Source: an uncultured Oscillospiraceae bacterium (GTDB taxonomy: Bacteria; Bacillota; Clostridia; Oscillospirales; Oscillospiraceae). From it: 63,270 nucleotides of DNA. The notes beneath the pieces were generated by a model that saw nothing but the letters and a program-made list of their open reading frames with translations, had not been told where the DNA came from and made no database searches. Position numbers and translations under genes: made by a program. This document shows, one piece after another, positions 56,598 to 63,270 of this stretch (positions are counted from its first letter, which is position 1; every line of letters begins with the position of its first letter). The stretch is from NCBI GenBank assembly GCA_964371875.1, contig CAYJOS010000001.1:1-63270 (forward strand), given 5' to 3'.

Positions 56598-58088
56598 ATG
56601 CGTATTCAACATAATATTACAGCTCTAAACTCATACCGTAACCTAGGTATCAACAACAGTGCAGTTTCTAAAAACCTAGAAAAACTTTCTTCAGGTTATA
56701 GAATCAACCGCGCTGGTGACGATGCTGCTGGTCTTGCTATCTCTGAAAAAATGAGATCACAAATCACAGGTCTTGAAACAGCTCAAAAGAATGCTCAAGA
56801 CGGTATTTCACTTGTTCAAACTGCTGAAGGTGCTCTAACTGAAGTTCACTCAATGCTAAACCGTATGGTTGAGCTTGCAACACAATCTTCAAACGGTATC
56901 TATACAGATTCTGACCGTGCAAAACTAAACGACGAAATCAACCAACTAAACGACGAAATCGACAGAATTTCTGAAGCTACAAACTTCAACGGCATCAACC
57001 TACTTGATGGTTCTCTAGCTTCTAAAGCTGGTGTAAGCGGAGTTACAACTGATATAGCTGGTACAACCACTCCGTTAGCAGCAACTGGTGGTGCTAAATT
57101 CTCACAAGTCCTAACATTTGCTCAGGGCACTGACGAAGAAACTCAAACAGTTGAACTTGCTTACTTAGATAAAGATGGTGTGGCACAAAATGCTACAATT
57201 TCTTTTACAGCAGGTTCAACAGCTGCTGAAACAGGCACTAGTGCTCTTGAAGCACTTAAAGGTGTATTTGGTGAAGGATATACACTTACTGCTTCTGCTG
57301 CTGCTATCACTATAACAGCAAACGAAATTGTTGGTGAAGAAACATCAGTTCTAAAAATGACACAATATGATGGTACTTCTACAACAGCTGAAACAACAAC
57401 TGTCGCTGCAGCAACAGCTGGTAAAGATAATCTATATACAGCAACACTCAATACCGCAGATTTGGCAGATGAAATTTTCTTAGAAGTTGACGGACAAAAA
57501 TTCCAAGTTCTTTCTGAAGGTAAAACTGCTGAAGCTGGATACACAGGGATTTTTGTTGACCAACAAACAGGCGCACTAACAGGAGACTCAATCAAAGAAG
57601 TTGCAACTCAACTACAAGAACTTGGTATTGATGTTAAAGCAACTGCTACAGCACTAGAATTTACAGAAAAAACTGATTCATCTGTTAAAGGTGGTCTAAC
57701 ACTACAAATCGGTGATACATCAGACCAATTCAACAAACTAATTGTTGGTGTTCAAGATATGAGTGCTGATGCTCTAGGTCTAGGCTCACTTGATATCTCA
57801 ACATATGAAGGCGCTTCTGCTGCTATCGATGCTATCAACGCTGCTATCGAAAAAGTTTCAACAACTCGTTCAGCAATGGGTGCTATCCAAAACCGCCTTG
57901 ACCACACAATCAACAACCTAGGTGTTACAACTGAAAACATGACTGCTGCTGAAAGCCGTATTCGTGACGTTGACATGGCTAAGGAAATGATGGAATATAC
58001 AAAGAACAATATCCTTGTTCAATCTTCACAAGCTATGCTTGCGCAAGCTAACCAAATTCCACAAGGCGTTCTACAACTTCTACAATAA
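56598..58088 (+). CDS. fliC: Flagellin
   Basis: The conserved N-terminus is [16 protein letters not shown]...[23 protein letters not shown] and the C-terminus is [18 protein letters not shown]. The central region is variable and Thr/Ala-rich. Confidence 0.95.
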   Translation: MRIQHNITALNSYRNLGINNSAVSKNLEKLSSGYRINRAGDDAAGLAISEKMRSQITGLETAQKNAQDGISLVQTAEGALTEVHSMLNRMVELATQSSNGIYTDSDRAKLNDEINQLNDEIDRISEATNFNGINLLDGSLASKAGVSGVTTDIAGTTTPLAATGGAKFSQVLTFAQGTDEETQTVELAYLDKDGVAQNATISFTAGSTAAETGTSALEALKGVFGEGYTLTASAAAITITANEIVGEETSVLKMTQYDGTSTTAETTTVAAATAGKDNLYTATLNTADLADEIFLEVDGQKFQVLSEGKTAEAGYTGIFVDQQTGALTGDSIKEVATQLQELGIDVKATATALEFTEKTDSSVKGGLTLQIGDTSDQFNKLIVGVQDMSADALGLGSLDISTYEGASAAIDAINAAIEKVSTTRSAMGAIQNRLDHTINNLGVTTENMTAAESRIRDVDMAKEMMEYTKNNILVQSSQAMLAQANQIPQGVLQLLQ

Positions 58089-58104
58089 TCAACGGATTAT
58101 AAAT

Positions 58105-58135
58105 AAAAATGTCGCCCTCGGGCGACATTTTTTAT
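58105..58135. terminator. Bidirectional terminator between the flagellin and ANL-enzyme genes
   Basis: atgtcgcc (58109-58116) pairs with ggcgacat (58121-58128) across a ctcg loop, with a following T-run and a preceding A-run. Confidence 0.85.
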
Positions 58136-58145
58136 TTTAATTTTA

Positions 58146-59783
58146 CTATATATCCCCTGTTTGCTTCGCAACAATTCCAACCGCCCCATACTTCTCACGG
58201 AGTTTGGGTTTTTCTATTTTTCCAGTCGGATTTCTAGGAACTATATCAAAAATAACTTCTCTTGGTCTTTTATATCTAGGTAAAGAATGACAAAATTCGT
58301 CAATTTCTTCCTTCGTGCAACTAACATCGGGCTTCAATTCAATAATAGCTGCTGTGATTTCACCAAGCCTTGCATGAGGTCTGCCGATAACTGCAACATC
58401 CTTTATCTTGTCGTTTGCACGCAAAAAGTCCTCAATTTGCACAGGATAAATATTTTCACCACCAGTGATGATGACATCTTTTTTGCGGTCAACCAAGTAG
58501 TAAAAACCATCTTCGTCAATCCTCGCCATGTCACCAGTGAACAGCCAACCATCAGCCAAAACCGCCTTGGTCGCCTCCTCATCCCTGTAGTAACAAGTCA
58601 TCAGTCCTGCGCCCGAAACCGCAAGCTCCCCTACCTCACCTTTGGCTACTTCATTTCGATTTTCATCGACAATTTTCGCAGACCAACCAAATCCAGGTAT
58701 GCCAATTGCGCCAACTTTGTGAATATTTTCTACACCAAGGTGTATGCAACCAGGGCCGATTGACTCGCTCAAACCGTAGTTTGTGTCGTAATCATGATGT
58801 GGAAAATACTCTTTCCAACGCTTGATAAGGCTTGGTGGAACAGGTTGAGCGCCGATGTGCATTAGTCGCCAAGCGCTTAAATCATAGTCTGAAAGCTTCA
58901 AAACTCCACTGTCAAGTGCATCCAAAATGTCCTGTGCCCATGGAACTAATAGCCAAACTATGGAAACTTTTTCCTCGCTCGCAGTTTTTAAAATCCACTC
59001 AGGACTAATTCCACGGAGCAAAATTGCCTTACTTCCAGCCAAAAGACTGCCAAACCAGTGCATTTTTGCGCCTGTGTGATACAGCGGTGGCATACATAAA
59101 AAACAGTCGTTTCTGTCTTGTGAATGGTGCTTTTGCTCGCAAAGACAAGCGTGAACAAGGCTCTCGTGATTGTGCAAAATCGCCTTCGGGAAACCAGTTG
59201 TGCCAGAGGAAAAATAGATAGCAGCGTCGTCAGTGTCAGAAATTTCAATCGACGGATTTCGACCAGTGCAGTACGACAAAAATTGGTAATAGCTCTGCGC
59301 ATATTCAGGAGTGTGCCCACCGACGTAGTATAGACTTCTAATATTTGGAATATCATCTTTGATTTCAGCAACACGATCTTTAAATTCTCTGCCAAAAATT
59401 AGGAGAGAAGAGTCTGAAAGGTCAAGGCAATACTTAATTTCGTCAGCAGTGTAGCGGTAGTTGAGCGGAACTGCAACAGCTCCGGCTTTAAGAGTCCCGA
59501 AATAAATCGGTAGCCATTCTATGCAATTCATCAGCAAAATGGCAACTTTTTCGCCTTTTTTGATGCCATTTGCAAGTAATAAATTGGCAAATTGGTTCGC
59601 ACGTCTGTCAAAATCTTGCCAAGTTAATTCACGGCGGTATGCGTTATCGACGTCGGCTTCGACCAGATTAAATTCTGACCAGTCCAATGTTTTTCTGCCC
59701 TCACGTTCGGGGTTGATTTCGATTAAACATGTTTCAGTTGTGTATTTTTTTGCATTTCCTTCTAAAAAAGTGGTAATTGGCAT
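58146..59783 (-). CDS. ANL-superfamily adenylate-forming enzyme (acyl-CoA synthetase/ligase-like)
   Basis: The AMP-binding motifs are YFSSGTTGFPKAI, YGLSES, TGDMARIDEDGFYYLVDRKKDVIITGGENIYP and a terminal GKIEKPKLR. The ATG at 59783 follows GGAGAA. Confidence 0.85.
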   Translation of the reverse strand: MPITTFLEGNAKKYTTETCLIEINPEREGRKTLDWSEFNLVEADVDNAYRRELTWQDFDRRANQFANLLLANGIKKGEKVAILLMNCIEWLPIYFGTLKAGAVAVPLNYRYTADEIKYCLDLSDSSLLIFGREFKDRVAEIKDDIPNIRSLYYVGGHTPEYAQSYYQFLSYCTGRNPSIEISDTDDAAIYFSSGTTGFPKAILHNHESLVHACLCEQKHHSQDRNDCFLCMPPLYHTGAKMHWFGSLLAGSKAILLRGISPEWILKTASEEKVSIVWLLVPWAQDILDALDSGVLKLSDYDLSAWRLMHIGAQPVPPSLIKRWKEYFPHHDYDTNYGLSESIGPGCIHLGVENIHKVGAIGIPGFGWSAKIVDENRNEVAKGEVGELAVSGAGLMTCYYRDEEATKAVLADGWLFTGDMARIDEDGFYYLVDRKKDVIITGGENIYPVQIEDFLRANDKIKDVAVIGRPHARLGEITAAIIELKPDVSCTKEEIDEFCHSLPRYKRPREVIFDIVPRNPTGKIEKPKLREKYGAVGIVAKQTGDI

Positions 59784-59803
59784 GTTATTTCTCCTTTTTT
59801 GCA

Positions 59804-60070
59804 TAAAAAAATCCCGTCCTATCCTAAGGACGAGATTGAAAATTCTCGTGGTACCACCTTGGGTTTGCACATGCCTCACGACATATGCCTCGCAGAGTTC
59901 AAAAAAACTCTCGGTGCTGTAACGTGCACTCACGTCGTAGCCTACTTGATATCGTTCGGTACGCTGCTAAGAGATGTATTCACAAAGAAAAACCATGCGC
60001 CTCTCATCAAACGGCAACTTTCTGAATGGATAAAAACTTTGTTACTTCTTCCCTATTATCGCTTTTTAAT
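59804..60070 (-). promoter_or_regulatory. T-box riboswitch leader with a UAC (Tyr) specifier
   Basis: All on the minus strand. Stem I starts GCGAUAAUAGGGAAGAAGUA. The specifier loop is GAA-UAC-A, with the codon at 59976-59978. An F-box-like CACGUUACAG is present. The T-box is AAACCCAAGGUGGUACCACGAG (59845-59868). The terminator is CUCGUCC/GGACGGG plus U7 (59804-59834). Confidence 0.85.
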
Positions 60071-60079
60071 ATGCATTAT

Positions 60080-60108
60080 ATTATAGACCTATTTTGGTCG
60101 TTTGTCAA
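60080..60108 (-). promoter_or_regulatory. Consensus sigma-A promoter driving the T-box leader
   Basis: On the minus strand: TTGACA (60103-60108, overlapping the thiN stop), a 17-nt spacer and TATAAT (60080-60085). Confidence 0.75.
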
Positions 60109-60755
60109 TAATTTTTTAATAAAATTTCAATTTCTTCTGCTCTGCAATTAAATGTAATACTTAATCTGCCATTTTTAACTGAAATTTCGGATTTTTTTCC
60201 AATAAATTCATTGCTTACTCCCAGTGGGTGAGTTGCCGTTAAATTTCCATTTTTTAACTCATATTTGAGACCTGAAATGTCAACATTTTCCGCTTTTTCA
60301 CTGTTTGCAAAGACAGAAATATAGCCATTTTCACGTTTTGGCAAGTTGATTTTGCGGTTTTTTATCACAGTTAGCGCAGTGTTTTCTCCCCAAAGCCAAG
60401 CAGTTAAATTTTTTTCTGCTAGGTAATTTAAGCATTGAATATTCGCCAAACTGTGGTCAAATCTTCCACCTAAACCGCCATAAATTAGGAATTTTTTATA
60501 CCCTAATTCTATGCCCTCGCAGATTGCAAGGAACATGTCCGTGTCGTCTTTTTCGGGCTTGTGTACCAAGGTTTTGGTGGAATTTGGAATATAGCCAAGC
60601 GAGTCAAAATCACCAACAGCGAGGTTTGGTTCTATACCTATTTTTAGTAAATGTGCATAGCCACCATCGGCGGAAATTATATAGTCATTTTCATTTTTAT
60701 TAATCGAAATGCCCTCACAGGCGCCTGCGCCAACAATATAACAAATTCCTTGCAT
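60105..60755 (-). CDS. thiN: Thiamine pyrophosphokinase
   Basis: The ATG at 60755 follows GGAG. The motifs are ISADGGYAHL, GDFDS, KDDTDM and GGLGGRFDH. Confidence 0.85.
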   Translation of the reverse strand: MQGICYIVGAGACEGISINKNENDYIISADGGYAHLLKIGIEPNLAVGDFDSLGYIPNSTKTLVHKPEKDDTDMFLAICEGIELGYKKFLIYGGLGGRFDHSLANIQCLNYLAEKNLTAWLWGENTALTVIKNRKINLPKRENGYISVFANSEKAENVDISGLKYELKNGNLTATHPLGVSNEFIGKKSEISVKNGRLSITFNCRAEEIEILLKNY

Positions 60756-60887
60756 AGTTGCTCCAATACTTTTTTTACTGATAATACCATATTTACGCAA
60801 AAAGTCAATAAAAAACTCTTTATTTTTAGAAATTTAATGTTATAATGTATTAATGTGCTGAATAAAAAAAGAGAGGAAGTAACAAAA

Positions 60888-62054
60888 ATGCGTTTTGCGA
60901 AGAGAATGGAAAGATTTACCGAAGGTGTTTTTTCAACACTTTTGGATGTAAAAAATAAAAGAATTGCCGAGGGAAAATCTGTGGTCGACCTCAGTGTCGG
61001 CACTCCGAACATCCCCCCTGCCCCTCATATTAAGGAAGCAATTGTCAATTCTATTAATGATAGTTCAAAATTTATTTATGCGATTTCTGACACGAGTAGA
61101 CTGAAAAATGCGGTTGCAGATTGGTATAAAACCAGATATGATGTCATCTTAAACCCTGAAACCGAGGTGGTTTCTTTGCTTGGTTCACAGGAGGGACTCG
61201 CTCACATTTCGCTGACTTTGGCTGACGAGGGAGACATAATTATGGTGCCTGACCCTTGCTATCCTGTGTTCAGCGACGGCCCTAAAATCGCTGGTGCTGA
61301 ACTTTACCACATGTTGCAAAGACCCGAAAATGATTTCATCATAGATTTAAGAGAAATACCCACAGATATTGCAAAAAAAGCAAAAATGATGATAATTTCA
61401 TATCCAAATAATCCCACAACAGCTGTTGCTCCTGATAGTTTTTATCTCGATTTAATCAAGTTTGCAAAGGAATTTGACATCGCTGTTTTGCACGATAACG
61501 CATACAGTGAGCTGACTTTTGATGGAAAAACAACTGGCAGTTTTCTTAGATTTGAGGGTGCTCGTGAGGTCGGAGTTGAGTTCAATTCACTGTCAAAAAC
61601 TTACGGTTTAGCAGGTGCAAGAATTGGATTTTGCGTTGGTAATTCTGACATGGTATCACACCTTAAAAAGCTCAAATCAACCATGGATTACGGCTTGTTT
61701 TTGCCACTTCAAGAGGGTGCAATTGCTGCTATTTCAGGCGACCAAGCATGTGTGAAAACCACCTGTGATGCATATGAAAAACGTAGAGATGTACTTTGCG
61801 ATTCGTTTTCAAAAATAGGCTGGAAAGTTGAGAAATGCCCTGCAACTATGTTTATTTGGGCTAAAATACCTGGAAAATATTCAAGTTCTGCCGATTTTGC
61901 GATGCGACTTGTCAACGAAGCCGGTGTGATCGTAACCCCTGGAATTGCCTTTGGAGAGAGTGGTGAGGGTTATGTTAGAATTGCCCTTGTACAAAACGAA
62001 GAGGAAATTTTGAAGGCAGCCGAAGCGATTGATAAAAGTGGTATTTTGAAATAA
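60888..62054 (+). CDS. Class I/II PLP-dependent aminotransferase
   Basis: The ATG at 60888 follows GAGAGGAAG. The PLP-lysine motif is NSLSKTYGLAGARIGF, and NNPT and LHDNAY motifs are present. Confidence 0.85.
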   Translation: MRFAKRMERFTEGVFSTLLDVKNKRIAEGKSVVDLSVGTPNIPPAPHIKEAIVNSINDSSKFIYAISDTSRLKNAVADWYKTRYDVILNPETEVVSLLGSQEGLAHISLTLADEGDIIMVPDPCYPVFSDGPKIAGAELYHMLQRPENDFIIDLREIPTDIAKKAKMMIISYPNNPTTAVAPDSFYLDLIKFAKEFDIAVLHDNAYSELTFDGKTTGSFLRFEGAREVGVEFNSLSKTYGLAGARIGFCVGNSDMVSHLKKLKSTMDYGLFLPLQEGAIAAISGDQACVKTTCDAYEKRRDVLCDSFSKIGWKVEKCPATMFIWAKIPGKYSSSADFAMRLVNEAGVIVTPGIAFGESGEGYVRIALVQNEEEILKAAEAIDKSGILK

Positions 62055-62073
62055 AAATTTGGCAATTTTTAAA

Positions 62074-62770
62074 GATTTTTGCTTCGGCAAAAAGAACGAG
62101 GGAACGGAGAATTTTCGTTGCGACGAAAAGAACGAGAGAACGAAGAGAACGGTCTCCGACGGCTCACTTTTTCTCGTGAAAAAGTAAGCAAAACACGTCG
62201 GGGAAACACCCCCGAACGGTGGGAACGATTAAGGGTGCAGAATATACAGACTATAATAAAAATGAAAAATTTTGAGTAGTTGCAATCGCACTAAAAGAGA
62301 GCAAAACTAACAAGGGCTAATCGCCCTTCGGGTGTCCCGTTGGCTACTCATCTGAAAAACTTTATAGTAGGAGGGTCTATTTAGTCCTGTAAAATGCGAA
62401 CTTTGCAAAACGCTTCGTATCTAGCAGTTTTAAATAGACCCTCCTACTCGTGGATTTTGCTGGTGAGTAGTCAACGGGCGTTTTTTAGGCGTCAGCCGTG
62501 GTTTCGCTTTCTTTTGGTGCGATTGCAACTGGTGATTATCTTGCCGATTTTGTTAGTCTGTATATTCAGCACCCTATCGCATCCCACCGTTCGGGGGTGT
62601 TTCCCCGATGAGTTTTTTCCATACTTTTTTTCTCACTAAAAAAAGTATGCCCTCGGAGAGCGTTCTTTTTCGGCGCAACGAAAATTCTCCCCGTTCTTTT
62701 CGCCGAAGCGAAAACCCTTCTCGTTCTTTTCGTCGCAACAAAAATGCTCCCCCTCGGAGAGCATTTCGTA
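62074..62770. repeat. ORF-free nested inverted-repeat (foldback) element built from A/U-stem mini-hairpins
   Basis: The left arm (62074-62297) is about 80% identical to the reverse complement of the right arm (62511-62716). A perfect 27-mer at 62198-62224 pairs with 62582-62608. An inner hairpin spans 62336-62478 and is followed by T6. An extra repeat unit occupies 62717-62770. Confidence 0.8.
62740..62765 (-). terminator. Probable terminator of glnS, embedded in the outermost repeat unit
   Basis: On the minus strand, AUGCUCUCCGAGGGGGAGCAU forms a hairpin followed by UUUUU (plus-strand aaaaa at 62740-62744). It lies 18 nt after the glnS stop. Confidence 0.6.
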
Positions 62771-62782
62771 TTGTAAAATTCC

Positions 62783-63270
62783 TTATTTCTTAAACCCATC
62801 TTTAAGTTGCACCGAACGGTTAAACACAAGTTTTCCCTCTTTCGAATCCACGCTATCAACGCAGAAATATCCAAGTCTTAGGAATTGGAACGAAGCTGGT
62901 GCGACCACATTTTCAAGACTTTTTTCAACTTTGCAGTTTGAAAGAACTTCAAGCGACTCAGGATTTAGGCAGTCAATAAAGTTCTCAGCCATGTCAGGTT
63001 CAGCATCGGAAAATAGGCTAGAATATTGACGAACTTCGGCATCGAGGCAATTATTTGCATCAACCCAGTGAATAGTACCACGCACTTTTCTGCCGTCGGG
63101 AGTAGTTCCGCCACGTGTTTCGGGGTCATATTCGCACAAAATTTCGACAACATTTCCCTCATCGTCTTTAACGCAACCTGTGCATTTTACGATGTAAGCA
63201 CTCTTTAGGCGAACTTCGTTTCCTGGGAAAAGTCTGTTGTATTTTTTGACAGGTTCTTCCATAAAATCGT
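62783..63270 (-). CDS. glnS: Glutamine--tRNA ligase, C-terminal anticodon-binding part (the gene runs off the window)
   Basis: The sequence RLFPGNEVRLKSAYIVKCTG...PDGRKVRGTIHWV...FQFLRLGYFCVD is typical of the GlnS C-terminus. The frame stays open to the window edge. Confidence 0.85.
   Translation of the reverse strand, partial: DFMEEPVKKYNRLFPGNEVRLKSAYIVKCTGCVKDDEGNVVEILCEYDPETRGGTTPDGRKVRGTIHWVDANNCLDAEVRQYSSLFSDAEPDMAENFIDCLNPESLEVLSNCKVEKSLENVVAPASFQFLRLGYFCVDSVDSKEGKLVFNRSVQLKDGFKK

Noticed and set aside
62660-62770. Three tandem units of about 30 nt (cgttcttttcg..cg.aa..aaaa...ctcc) that superficially resemble a small CRISPR array.
   Set aside because: The units are contiguous with no unique spacers. 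They are mirrored in inverted orientation on the left arm, and there are no cas genes in the window.
62079-62874. ORFs inside the inverted-repeat element: 62079-62279 (+, 66 aa), 62394-62639 (+, 81 aa), 62608-62793 (+) and 62566-62874 (-, 102 aa).
   Set aside because: They have non-ATG or RBS-less starts. Their Arg/Glu/Asn-rich low-complexity products simply mirror the repeat units (RGNTPERW appears on both strands because of the inverted repeat). One crosses a terminator-like hairpin and one overlaps the glnS 3' end. The SD-like GGAGGG at 62370-62375 is 18 nt from the ATG at 62394 and is paired within the stem.
1-63270. A search for mobile elements, prophage, defence islands, toxin-antitoxin pairs, tRNA or rRNA genes.
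   Set aside because: No integrase, transposase, recombinase, restriction, Cas, abortive-infection or small paired toxin-like ORFs were recognised. No tRNA cloverleaf or rRNA-like segment was seen either. The gene content is core housekeeping plus motility.

Overview
This is a chromosomal window from a low-GC, monoderm Firmicute, most likely in the Clostridia. The evidence is Gram-positive RBS and promoter signals, SLH-domain wall proteins, no flagellar L/P-ring genes, and a fla/che operon of the B. subtilis/Clostridium type. Almost all of it is ordinary core genome. Content in order: (1) 1-2.0 kb holds a corrinoid protein, a CsoR-type repressor and a protein resembling the MetH reactivation domain. 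(2) 3.2-13.5 kb, minus strand, is a housekeeping block: asp23-like, nusB, xseA, xseB, ispA, dxs, tlyA, nadK, argR, recN, tyrS. (3) 14.6-20.4 kb is an oppABCDF-type peptide ABC transporter. (4) 20.8-24.5 kb holds small metabolic genes, including a TrmK-Nif3 fusion. (5) 24.6-50.0 kb is one roughly 25.5-kb minus-strand fla/che operon behind a consensus sigma-A promoter. Its order is flgB, fliE, fliF, fliG, fliH, fliI, fliJ, fliK, flgD, TIGR02530-type gene, flgE, flbD, motA, motB, fliM, cheY, flgC, fliY, fliO, fliP, fliQ, fliR, flhB, flhA, fliA, two rod genes, cheC, cheD, cheV, parA-like, comFB-like. (6) 50.3-58.1 kb holds a divergent PilZ gene, a ylqG/ylqH-like pair, cheA-cheW-cheR and a flagellin gene with a sigma-28 promoter. 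(7) 58.1-63.3 kb holds an ANL-family adenylating enzyme behind a Tyr-specifier T-box, thiamine pyrophosphokinase, an aminotransferase and the 3' end of glnS. I saw no rRNA, tRNA, CRISPR array, transposase, integrase or recognisable defence genes. The three most unusual things are: (a) an ORF-free nested inverted-repeat element of about 700 bp at 62074-62770, with strand-biased G-U pairs and compensatory hairpin changes; (b) a Tyr T-box in front of an acyl-CoA-ligase-like gene, while tyrS itself has no leader; (c) an orphan ParA ATPase plus an AT-hook/ComFB protein ending the fla/che operon, which has no flhF or flhG at their usual position. All calls rest on motif-level reading of the supplied translations and DNA. 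No database search was run.
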